Positions 1-7,954 of a DNA stretch of 32,000 bases are shown here, piece after piece; positions within the stretch are counted from its first letter, which is position 1, and every line of letters begins with the position of its first letter. The position numbers and the translations under genes are program-made. The notes under the pieces were generated by a model, which saw only the letters and a program-made list of their open reading frames with translations, ran no database searches and was not told the DNA's origin. Origin of the DNA: an uncultured archaeon (GTDB lineage Archaea > Iainarchaeota > Iainarchaeia > Iainarchaeales > Iainarchaeaceae); contig CAZNZM010000004.1 in assembly GCA_964577555.1 (NCBI GenBank), positions 85,300 to 117,299 on the forward strand. The letters run 5' to 3'.

Positions 1-66
1 TTATTTAAAAAAACAATCAGAACAAAAAAAACAATTCTAACCAACTAATTTTGAAAAAAAAATATA

Positions 67-648
67 TCAAAGCAACTTAAAAACATAATACATGTCTAGA
101 GATTTAATAGGAAACTCTTCAAATTTTCCCATATTAGATTGAATTTTTTTAATTAACCGCTCTTCAACAGAATTTGATTCAGGAGTTCTTGAAACAACAC
201 ATAAATCTTTTTGAATTCTATTAACTATTGAAAAATTAGACCCATCTTTACTTGGAACTTGAAACACCAAAAATTTTCTAAAAAAAACGTCAAAAACAAC
301 AAAAAACTTGGTTGAATTTGATTTTACTGATAAACAAACCGTTGGAATTTCATAATTAAAGCCTCCAACTCTAATTTTCAACCTTTCAACATCAAAAATT
401 TTTTTAAAAACACTAAACATTTTCAATTCATTAAAATAAGACAGCCTGCGATTAAGCAATCTAGTAATTCGAACAGCATCCAACTTTACAACATTATCTG
501 GTTTTGTCAAATCATAAAACGACTTGTTTTGAACCGATAAGTTCTCAATTAACTCTTTAAAAGCAGCTTCCGCAACGGCTAATTTTGAAGACAAACCCTT
601 TATCCTTCTTTTTCTTCGACGACTTCTTCTAAAACCGCCAAAAATCAT
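67..648 (-). CDS. hypothetical protein with Arg/Lys-rich N-terminus
   Basis: 193-aa ORF with ATG start (MIFGGFRRSRRRKRRIK...). Coding strand is T/G-rich like the other minus-strand genes. TATA-like box lies upstream. No family recognised. Confidence 0.55.
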   Translation of the reverse strand: MIFGGFRRSRRRKRRIKGLSSKLAVAEAAFKELIENLSVQNKSFYDLTKPDNVVKLDAVRITRLLNRRLSYFNELKMFSVFKKIFDVERLKIRVGGFNYEIPTVCLSVKSNSTKFFVVFDVFFRKFLVFQVPSKDGSNFSIVNRIQKDLCVVSRTPESNSVEERLIKKIQSNMGKFEEFPIKSLDMYYVFKLL

Positions 649-667
649 CCTTCGATTAAATGATTAC

Positions 668-719
668 AAATTTTTATAATGATTTCCAATGGCAATCAAC
701 CTTAATTAGTATTTTAAAG
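668..719. promoter_or_regulatory. divergent promoter region with two TATA-like boxes
   Basis: AAATTTTTATAAT (668-680) lies 20-32 nt from the minus-strand ATG at 648. TATTTTAAAG (710-719) lies 23 nt before ATG 742. Spacing fits leaderless archaeal mRNAs. Confidence 0.35.
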
Positions 720-741
720 ATGGTTTGCCAACTTGTATTTT

Positions 742-1833
742 ATGGAAATTTCTTTTGTAATTGAAAAAACGGTTTCCGCAATACATTCACAAGAAGCAAG
801 AAAAAAATACGTTGCCGAAAAACTGACACACATAAAGAATAACAAACTCGGCTTTGAATGCGAAGGAATTCCTGAAAATTTTATTTCTTTCCAAGTTGAA
901 AAATGGGTCCCCGAAGGAAGCATTGCGGGAGTCGATTCTGGATTTATATCAAAAAAACTTGCTTCAATTGACTTGGTTCTTTTGCGAGCAATAGGAGTAG
1001 TATTCAATTTCAAAAACGGGGTTGTTTCTTCAACCAACTATTACCCTGATTATTTTCACTTTCCAGAACCATACTTGGCAGGAGACTCACTTGAATTCGA
1101 CGAAGTAGAACAAAGCACCAGCCTATTGAGATTAAGAGAAGAAATCAGAACAGCAAAATCCATAATTAAAACATACAAACCCAATTACCTTTTCATTGAC
1201 GGTTCAATAGTGCCACAATACCAAGACAAGCCAAGAAAAGAATCAGCACTTTCAGGCAGATACTCGGACATAATTTCCGAATTTGAAACTTTTTATGCTT
1301 GCGCAGAAGAAAATAATTGCACAATTATTGCGACTGTTGAAGATTCGCGAGGGTCAAGATTCAGACAAATTTTACAGGAAGAACTCCTACCCAAATCAAA
1401 ATTAGCCAAGCCTGAAGAACTTAACGGCTTGTTTGATTCGGCCATTTTGGATTATCTGCTTTCTGTCGGCGAACGCAGCTGCGCATTCACCTATACAAAA
1501 AATATTGCACAACACCCGGTGCTCCAAGATTTTAATTCAAAATGGGCAAAAGCAATTTATGGCATGTACTTAAAACCAAGCCTTTATGACAGACCTTTAC
1601 GCGTAGAATTCATATGCCATGGCGGGCTAAAAGAAAAAGCTGACGAAATAGCTTCAGTTGCAATGGCTCTAAGTTCACTGCATCGCGAATACGCATACCC
1701 TTCAGTATTGATTGATGCAGACATGCATGCAAAACTGAATCCTGTTGAAATAGACATAGTGGTCAACAGAATAATGGACAAACTAGGAAATTCAGTCAAA
1801 TTAAAAATGAGAAGAGACAACAGGCCATTTTAA
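742..1833 (+). CDS. nurA: NurA-family 5'-3' nuclease
   Basis: ORF 733..1833; I prefer ATG 742 (MEISFVIEK) over TTG 733. NurA-like acidic motifs GVDSGF and LFIDGSIVPQ. Lies immediately upstream of herA. Confidence 0.8.
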   Translation: MEISFVIEKTVSAIHSQEARKKYVAEKLTHIKNNKLGFECEGIPENFISFQVEKWVPEGSIAGVDSGFISKKLASIDLVLLRAIGVVFNFKNGVVSSTNYYPDYFHFPEPYLAGDSLEFDEVEQSTSLLRLREEIRTAKSIIKTYKPNYLFIDGSIVPQYQDKPRKESALSGRYSDIISEFETFYACAEENNCTIIATVEDSRGSRFRQILQEELLPKSKLAKPEELNGLFDSAILDYLLSVGERSCAFTYTKNIAQHPVLQDFNSKWAKAIYGMYLKPSLYDRPLRVEFICHGGLKEKADEIASVAMALSSLHREYAYPSVLIDADMHAKLNPVEIDIVVNRIMDKLGNSVKLKMRRDNRPF

Positions 1834-1850
1834 TTACATGGTGAAAAAAA

Positions 1851-1964
1851 ATGATTTGCCCAAAATGCGGTTCAAAAAAATTAAAAAAAACATTTGAAAA
1901 AGGAGTGCAATATAAATGCGAAGATTGCGGTTATGAAGGAAACGTTTTTGAAGATTTATTTTAA
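1851..1964 (+). CDS. small zinc-ribbon protein (37 aa), absent from the ORF track
   Basis: Translated by hand: MICPKCGSKKLKKTFEKGVQYKCEDCGYEGNVFEDLF. Two CxxC pairs 16 residues apart. Fills the nurA-herA spacer. TAA stop at 1962-1964. Confidence 0.55.
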   Translation: MICPKCGSKKLKKTFEKGVQYKCEDCGYEGNVFEDLF

Positions 1965-1991
1965 AAAAACGATTGTAAAGGTGTTAAAACA

Positions 1992-3533
1992 ATGAACGAT
2001 AAAAATGAAATAGGAACAGTCATATCAAGCCCTGAAGGACCATCCCCAAGCTCCCTAGATTTTGTAGTACATTCAGGGATTCTACACAAAGGAATGTTTG
2101 TAGAACTTGACTACTCAGAAGGCACAATGGTATGCCTCGTAACCGATGTAATGAAATCAAACAGATATTTTGAAAGGTTCGAATCAGTCAAAGAATTTGA
2201 AAGCTCTGGAAAAAAATTGTTTGAACAATTTCCTGCAGCGGAATGGGAATATTTAATCGGAATCACCAAACCTCTCGGGGTTTATTCAAACAACGGAATA
2301 AAAAGAGCAACATTCCCGCCATCTCCTGGAATCAAAGTCAGAATTGCCTCACAAAAAACCATTGAAAATTTTTTAGGATTCGACTTAAAAACAGGGTTGA
2401 ACCTAGGCGTAGTAGACCACCATAACGTTCCAGTAAAATTAAATCTTTCAAGGACTTTACAAAAACACTTGGCTATATTGGCAATGTCAGGAGCTGGAAA
2501 AAGCTATTTTACCTCAGTCCTTTTAGAAGAATTGCTTTCAAGAAAAAAAGAAGACGGCAGAATAGCAATAATAGTCATGGACGCCCACGGAGAATACCGT
2601 TCCTTTGCAGACCCAGTCACCGACCAAAAATACGTGGACTTCTCACCAATGACAAGATACATAAAAGGCTCAGAAATACAAATCGGAGTACCAAAACTCA
2701 CAACCACATTTATATCATCAATTCTGCCAGGAATGTCACAAGCACAAGAACGAGACCTTGCACGCATTATTGACAAATTAAAAAAAGAAATGAAAGAAGG
2801 AGCCGGGCCTTTTGACTTTTCTTCAATAAAAGCAGAAATTTACACAGACCAAGAAATGAAAGAAAACACTAAACAAGCACTCGCAGGATGGATAAACTCT
2901 CTAGAACAAATAGGCATTTTCTCAAAAGTTGACAGCCCATCAATTACAGATCTCATAACACCAGGAAAATTAACCATAATAGATTTAAGCGATATAATTG
3001 ACTTGAAAAAAAAACAAATCATAGTATCTTATTACGCACAAAAACTATTCAGCAACAGACGAATTGGCAAAATTTGCCCATTCAACCTAATAATTGAAGA
3101 AGCACACCAATTCGCACCTGAAAAAGTTTCCAGAGAAAATGCAATAAGCAAAAAAATCATTGAAACAATAGCAAGGGAAGGCAGAAAATTCGGAGCATCA
3201 ATATGCCTCATATCACAAAGACCAACACACTTATCTACAACAGCTCTAAGCCAATGCAACACACACATAATATTAAGAGTAACAAACCCATACGATGTAG
3301 AAAACATAGGAAAATTAAGCGAAGGACTTGACAAAAGAAGCCTAGACATGATAACAACACTAAGAGTAGGAGAAGCTCTAATAGTAGGAGAAGCAGTAAA
3401 CTACCCAGTATTCTTCAAGGTTAGAAAAAGACTATCACAAGAATCAAGACACGAAACCACTTTAGAAAAAGCTGCAAGAGAATTCGAAGAAAGACAAACA
3501 CAAAAACAAAAAGACATAGAAAACTACATCTGA
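1992..3533 (+). CDS. herA: HerA-type hexameric DNA helicase/translocase (FtsK-HerA superfamily ATPase)
   Basis: Walker A AMSGAGKSY, Walker B LIIEEAHQF, downstream GRKFG and ISQRP motifs. AGGTG Shine-Dalgarno at 1979-1983, 8 nt before the ATG. Confidence 0.9.
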   Translation: MNDKNEIGTVISSPEGPSPSSLDFVVHSGILHKGMFVELDYSEGTMVCLVTDVMKSNRYFERFESVKEFESSGKKLFEQFPAAEWEYLIGITKPLGVYSNNGIKRATFPPSPGIKVRIASQKTIENFLGFDLKTGLNLGVVDHHNVPVKLNLSRTLQKHLAILAMSGAGKSYFTSVLLEELLSRKKEDGRIAIIVMDAHGEYRSFADPVTDQKYVDFSPMTRYIKGSEIQIGVPKLTTTFISSILPGMSQAQERDLARIIDKLKKEMKEGAGPFDFSSIKAEIYTDQEMKENTKQALAGWINSLEQIGIFSKVDSPSITDLITPGKLTIIDLSDIIDLKKKQIIVSYYAQKLFSNRRIGKICPFNLIIEEAHQFAPEKVSRENAISKKIIETIAREGRKFGASICLISQRPTHLSTTALSQCNTHIILRVTNPYDVENIGKLSEGLDKRSLDMITTLRVGEALIVGEAVNYPVFFKVRKRLSQESRHETTLEKAAREFEERQTQKQKDIENYI

Positions 3534-3690
3534 CAAAAAAAAACAACAAAAACAAAACTCACAAAAAAAACAAGCCACAAAAAAAATCAAAATTTTCATA
3601 AAAAAATAAAAGAATTGACACGCAAAAACAAAAAAACAACACAAACAACAACCTAAAAAAAACAAAAATACAAAACAAGCTTAACAGAAA
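3534..3690. repeat. A/C-rich intergenic island (small member of the family)
   Basis: A-runs broken by C. Contains AAACTCACAAAAAAAACAAGCCACAAAAAAAA, related to 7866-7888 and 25515-25538, and GAATTGACACGC. Confidence 0.6.
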
Positions 3691-3722
3691 CGTATTTAAA
3701 GTAAAAAGTTATTCAATTTTTC

Positions 3723-4121
3723 ATGAAAGCTATTTTTGAAGTCAAAACAATGCAAACACAATGGAAACCACCATTCAAAAAAACTTCAACAGAAAACCAA
3801 TTTAAAGTTTCAGAAGGGGAAAGCTTTGACCATATTAATGCAAACGGCAATGACGAAGACATATTCCAACTCATAAAAATAAAAGGAGACAAAGCACTAA
3901 TAAAGCACAGCAGAGTATTCACAATAAAAAATCCAGCCACGGCACAAGTAGAAAAAGACAGAGGATTATGGCTCACAATTGAAAAAAGCGAAGCACTAAC
4001 ATATTTATGGGGAGAGCAAGGAATAACAAAAATAATAACCTACAAAGGAATTTCTGAAGAACTTGACGAACAAACAAAACAAGAAATAGCGGAAGATCTA
4101 ATTATTCAACAGGCGCAATAA
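3723..4121 (+). CDS. hypothetical protein
   Basis: 132-aa ORF with ATG start. TATA-like ATTTAAAG about 25 nt upstream (leaderless geometry). No family recognised. Confidence 0.55.
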   Translation: MKAIFEVKTMQTQWKPPFKKTSTENQFKVSEGESFDHINANGNDEDIFQLIKIKGDKALIKHSRVFTIKNPATAQVEKDRGLWLTIEKSEALTYLWGEQGITKIITYKGISEELDEQTKQEIAEDLIIQQAQ

Positions 4122-4122
4122 A

Positions 4123-4386
4123 ATGACACAAAGAATATACCAAATTGACTCATACGCCAAAGAATGCGAAGCCACTATAACAAAAGCCGAAGAAAAATTT
4201 GCATACTTGGACAAAACAATATTCTACCCCCAAAGCGGAGGACAACCAAGCGATACAGGAAAAATAATAGACCAAAAAGGCAACGAATACAAAGTAATTT
4301 CTGCAAAAAACAACGGAGAAGACATTATTTTAGAATTGGATAAAGAAGGAATATCAGAAGGAAAAGCAAAATGCATACTAGACTGA
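4123..4386 (+). CDS. alaX: AlaX-M-like alanyl-tRNA editing protein, N-terminal fragment ending at an in-frame TGA
   Basis: LDKTIFYPQSGGQPSDTGKI matches the AlaRS/AlaX N-terminal domain. Ends ...KCILD then TGA at 4384-4386. Same frame as 4405..4827. Confidence 0.75.
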   Translation: MTQRIYQIDSYAKECEATITKAEEKFAYLDKTIFYPQSGGQPSDTGKIIDQKGNEYKVISAKNNGEDIILELDKEGISEGKAKCILD

Positions 4387-4404
4387 GACAGGCGATACAA
4401 ACTA

Positions 4405-4827
4405 ATGAAAATGCACACATCATCACATATACTTTCAGCAATAATAAACCAAGAAACACAAGCACTAATTACAGGAAACCAACTAGAAGAACAAGAATCC
4501 AGAATGGATTTCAACGCAAAAAAAATCGACAAAGAAACAATTGAAAAAATAGAAACCAAAGCAAACCAAATAATAACAAGCAACATAGAAATCAAAATAT
4601 CCTTTGAAAGAAAAGAAATAGCAATGCAAAGGCCAGAACTATTCAAACTAAAAGACGTTCTGCCAAAAAACATTCCGATATTTAGAATAGTTTCAATAGG
4701 AAACTTTGACATACAAGCAGACGGAGGAACACACGTCAAAAACACAAAAGAAATAGGAAAAATAAAAATAACAAACTTCAAAAACAAAGGAGCGGAAAAC
4801 AAAAGAATATACTGGCAACTAATCTAA
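4405..4827 (+). CDS. alaX: AlaX-M-like alanyl-tRNA editing protein, C-terminal fragment (tRNA_SAD / HxxxH editing core)
   Basis: MKMHTSSHIL carries the HxxxH zinc motif. GGTHVKNTKEIGKIKI matches the CxxxH region, but with Asp in place of the Cys. The in-frame codons 4387-4404 (DRRYKL) continue the family alignment. Confidence 0.75.
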   Translation: MKMHTSSHILSAIINQETQALITGNQLEEQESRMDFNAKKIDKETIEKIETKANQIITSNIEIKISFERKEIAMQRPELFKLKDVLPKNIPIFRIVSIGNFDIQADGGTHVKNTKEIGKIKITNFKNKGAENKRIYWQLI

Positions 4828-4887
4828 AATACACAAACCTAAAAAACAAAAGATTAAAATTAAATTAACCTACACGCTAATTCAAAC

Positions 4888-5238
4888 ATGGAATACAAAC
4901 AAATAATAATAATAAGAAATGACTTAAAAATGGGAAAAGGAAAAATAGCAGCACAAGCCGCACACGCAAGCTTAGAAGCATACGAAAAAACACTTAAAGA
5001 AAAACCGGAATGGGTTTCAACATGGAAAAAAACAGGGCAAGCAAAAATAGTGCTCAAAACACAAACAAAAAAAGAACTAACAGAACTATTTGAAAATATA
5101 AAAAAAGAAGTCCCAGCAACAATGATAAAAGACGCTGGAAAAACACAAATAGAAGCAGGAGAACCAACAGCAATAGGAATAGGACCATGCCCAGAAACAA
5201 AAGTTAATAAATTCACAAAAAACCTAAAACTATTATGA
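4888..5238 (+). CDS. pth2: peptidyl-tRNA hydrolase, archaeal Pth2 type
   Basis: 116 aa. IIIRNDLKMGKGKIAAQAAHAS and PTAIGIGP are typical Pth2 motifs. The stop overlaps the next start (ATGA). Confidence 0.9.
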   Translation: MEYKQIIIIRNDLKMGKGKIAAQAAHASLEAYEKTLKEKPEWVSTWKKTGQAKIVLKTQTKKELTELFENIKKEVPATMIKDAGKTQIEAGEPTAIGIGPCPETKVNKFTKNLKLL

Positions 5239-5459
5239 AAAAAAATAAAACAACTTACCTAATAATAGGAATTCTAACAATAATAATTACAATTACACTA
5301 GTCATAACATTAAACGACATGAAAAAAATATTTTTCACAAACAAATTATTTTCAAACCTTAACCCATCCTGGATTTTCATAATAATAGGAACCATGACAA
5401 TATGCGGAGCATACTTATTCAGCATAGCCACAAAAATATTAAAAGAAACAACGAGGTAA
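5235..5459 (+). CDS. small membrane protein (2 predicted TM helices)
   Basis: 74-aa ORF, ATGA-coupled to pth2. Two hydrophobic stretches (YLIIGILTIIITITLVI, WIFIIIGTMTICGAYLF). Confidence 0.5.
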   Translation: MKKNKTTYLIIGILTIIITITLVITLNDMKKIFFTNKLFSNLNPSWIFIIIGTMTICGAYLFSIATKILKETTR

Positions 5460-5464
5460 AAAAA

Positions 5465-6223
5465 ATGAAAAACTGGGAAACAATAAAAAAAGTAATAAAA
5501 GATTCAGACATTGTCATTGAAGTAATAGACGCAAGATTCCCAGAATTAAGCAGAAACACGCAACTTGAAGAAATAATAAAAAAATCAAAAAAAAAACTTC
5601 TCATAGTAATAAACAAATCCGACTTAATATCCAAAAAAAAAGCACAAAAAATAAAAAACAAAATAAAAGAAAACGCAATATTTATTTCTGCAAAAAAAAG
5701 AACAGGAACAATAATTCTAAAAAAAACAATAAAAAAACTTGCTAAAAACGAAAAAACAAAAATAGCAATAACAGGATACCCAAACACAGGAAAAAGCAGC
5801 ATAATAAACATGCTAAAAGGAAAAAAAAGCGCACCAGTATCACCAACAGCAGGATTCACAAAAGGAATGCAAAACATAAAAATAGACTCAAAAATAATGA
5901 TGATAGACACTCCAGGAGTAATACCAATAGAAGAATACAATGAAACCAAAATGGCGATAATATCAGCAAAAAACGTACAATCAATAAAAGACTTAGAATC
6001 AACAGGAATAGAAATAGCAGAAACACTGCTAAAAGACAACAAAACAGAAATAGAAAACCACTATGGAATAAAAGCGGACAACGGCGAAGAACTACTCATA
6101 AAAATAGCTGAAAAAAGAAAACTACTCAAAAAAGGAGGAGAATACAACCTTAACGAAGCGGCCAGAATACTAATAACAGACATGCAAAGAGGCACATTAA
6201 AAATAAAAAAAGGAAAAACATGA
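5465..6223 (+). CDS. circularly permuted GTPase (YlqF/RbgA/MMR-HSR1-like ribosome-biogenesis GTPase)
   Basis: G4 NKSDL precedes G1 GYPNTGKSS and G3 DTPG. I prefer ATG 5465 (MKNWETIKKVIKDSDIVIEVIDAR) inside track ORF 5402..6223. Confidence 0.85.
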   Translation: MKNWETIKKVIKDSDIVIEVIDARFPELSRNTQLEEIIKKSKKKLLIVINKSDLISKKKAQKIKNKIKENAIFISAKKRTGTIILKKTIKKLAKNEKTKIAITGYPNTGKSSIINMLKGKKSAPVSPTAGFTKGMQNIKIDSKIMMIDTPGVIPIEEYNETKMAIISAKNVQSIKDLESTGIEIAETLLKDNKTEIENHYGIKADNGEELLIKIAEKRKLLKKGGEYNLNEAARILITDMQRGTLKIKKGKT

Positions 6224-6230
6224 ATAAGTC

Positions 6231-6896
6231 ATGATATCACAGACATACAAAGAACCAATACAAGTATTTATTGCAATTTATGCAATATTTGGAATAATAA
6301 TATTTTACATAATATTTTCAAACCAAGGATTTGAAATACAGGAAAAATTCAATCAAAACACGAAACAAAAAGAATATTTCCTACAAAACCTCACAAAAAG
6401 AAAAATAAACGACATAAACATCACATACTTAGACAACAAAAACCAAAAAATACTCAAAAACGAGACAATAAAAGAACTTATGCCTGAAGAAAAAAAAACA
6501 CTTAACATAGAATCAATTTCAGCATCAGAAATAAAAATCATAGCAACAAGTACATTCTACAACCAAGCAGAAAAAATCATTCTGTTTGAAACACAAAAAC
6601 CTACAATAAAAACAACATACCCTAGCACAGTAAAATTCGGACAAAGATTCAACTTTATATTAGAATACTGCAACAACGACAATACAGAAACACAAAAAAC
6701 AACAATTGAAGAAAACCACGACAAAATATTTTTCTTGGAAAAACCGATAACAAAAACACTCCAAGTAAAAACAGGAGAATGTGAAAAAATAACATATAAC
6801 TTTTTAGCAGCACACAGAGGAGAAACCAAAATATATTTTAATGTAATAACCCCAAATACTAACCAACAAATAGAAGAAATAATAAGAGTTGAATAA
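6231..6896 (+). CDS. hypothetical membrane-anchored protein
   Basis: 221-aa ORF with an N-terminal TM helix (IQVFIAIYAIFGIIIFYIIF). No family recognised. Confidence 0.55.
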   Translation: MISQTYKEPIQVFIAIYAIFGIIIFYIIFSNQGFEIQEKFNQNTKQKEYFLQNLTKRKINDINITYLDNKNQKILKNETIKELMPEEKKTLNIESISASEIKIIATSTFYNQAEKIILFETQKPTIKTTYPSTVKFGQRFNFILEYCNNDNTETQKTTIEENHDKIFFLEKPITKTLQVKTGECEKITYNFLAAHRGETKIYFNVITPNTNQQIEEIIRVE

Positions 6897-6899
6897 ACT

Positions 6900-7550
6900 A
6901 TGAAGCAAAACAGCAGCATAATAGAAATAATAGAAAAAATGGTCAGGGACGGCGAACCAGAAGAAAAAATATTAAAAACACTCCTCGAGCTCGGCGTGGA
7001 ACCTGAAAAAGCAAAAAAACTGCTTCTGTTGGGGCAAGCAGATACATTTTCACTACTTAAAAGAGAAATAAGAAACATAGTACACGATGAATTAGAAAAA
7101 GAAAAACCAATGCTCAAAAAATTCATAGAAGAAGAAACAATACAAGCAAACTACGAAGCAAGACAAGAACTGACAAAAGCAGTAATAAGCGACCTAAAAG
7201 AATATGAAAAAGACATTTCAGGATACAACAAAACATTCCAAGAAAAAATTGAAGAAAATGTCAGAAAAATAACCGAAATGAACGACAAACTAAAAATAAA
7301 ACTAAACGAAATGGGAGAAAACCTTAGACAAGTACAAATAGACATGGATGAAATGAGAATAAAAGGAATAGGGTCAAGAAACAAACTAATAAGCAACGCA
7401 CTCTGGCTATTAGGACTATTTTTCGGAGTTGGAACATTCTACATTTTCATCACAAGTTTCGGACAAGCACTAACAATCGACAACATAATAGTAATGATAA
7501 CAATGGCGCTAATCACAATAACAATGCTTTTTGTGGCAACAATAATATGA
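6900..7550 (+). CDS. hypothetical coiled-coil protein with C-terminal TM helices
   Basis: 216-aa ORF with long K/E-rich helical segments and two C-terminal hydrophobic helices. Lies 3 nt after the previous stop. Confidence 0.55.
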   Translation: MKQNSSIIEIIEKMVRDGEPEEKILKTLLELGVEPEKAKKLLLLGQADTFSLLKREIRNIVHDELEKEKPMLKKFIEEETIQANYEARQELTKAVISDLKEYEKDISGYNKTFQEKIEENVRKITEMNDKLKIKLNEMGENLRQVQIDMDEMRIKGIGSRNKLISNALWLLGLFFGVGTFYIFITSFGQALTIDNIIVMITMALITITMLFVATII

Positions 7551-7817
7551 AAAAGCCAAAAACAAGTTCAAAAAAAACAAACAAAAAAATTAATTGAAAA
7601 CTAAAAATGAAAACACGCTTCACTAAAAAAAACGGCTCTACAAGAAAAAGACCATAAACGATTGAATTTTAAAATTAAAAATTGACAAAAAAAACTTGGC
7701 TAAAAAAAAACAGACAAACAAAAATTCAAAAAAAACAAAAAAACGGCTCACAAAAACAAACAACAAAAAAAACCAACCAAAAAAAAATAAGAAAAAAAAT
7801 GACTTGCAAAAAAACAA

Positions 7818-7858
7818 AAAAAAATAACAAAAAAACTTGACAAGCAACATCAAAAAAA
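7818..7858 (+). repeat. 41-nt module identical to 25783-25823
   Basis: AAAAAAATAACAAAAAAACTTGACAAGCAACATCAAAAAAA, compared base by base with the 25.8-kb copy. A related copy lies at 21084-21099 (CTTGGCTAGCAATATC). Confidence 0.85.
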
Positions 7859-7860
7859 CA

Positions 7861-7954
7861 AAATTGGCTTGCAAAAAAACAAGCCACAACAAAATAATTG
7901 ACAAAAAAAATCGTCCAACAAAAAAACCAAAAAAACCGCAAAAAAATGGCTCAC
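7861..7954 (+). repeat. ~95-nt module, ~96% identical to 25510-25604
   Basis: Hand alignment gives 3 substitutions (TG/CA at 7870-7871, G/A at 7938) and one A-run length difference. Confidence 0.85.

Noticed and set aside
4384-4386. Genome-wide TGA recoding (TGA = Trp or Gly) or selenocysteine as the explanation for the in-frame TGA in alaX
   Set aside because: TGA ends many well-delimited genes here at family-typical lengths: pth2 at 5238 (overlapped by the next ATG), L39e at 16186 (also ATGA-overlapped, though it carries an extended tail), ribD at 24568, SRP54 at 22682 and LX at 17474. I see no SECIS-like structure downstream and no selenoprotein context.
6231-7550. ORFs 6231-6896 and 6900-7550 share a frame, which could suggest a readthrough or split gene as in alaX
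   Set aside because: They are separated by TAA plus one codon and a proper ATG. There is no homology evidence linking the halves, and each has its own membrane-anchor architecture. This is ordinary tight operon spacing.
7836-7902. TTGACA words (7838, 7897, 21135, 25547, 25802) as bacterial sigma-70 -35 boxes
   Set aside because: The gene content is archaeal and transcription should be TBP/TFB-dependent. There is no -10 partner at 17 bp. The word is better explained as part of the island word family (TTGRCW).
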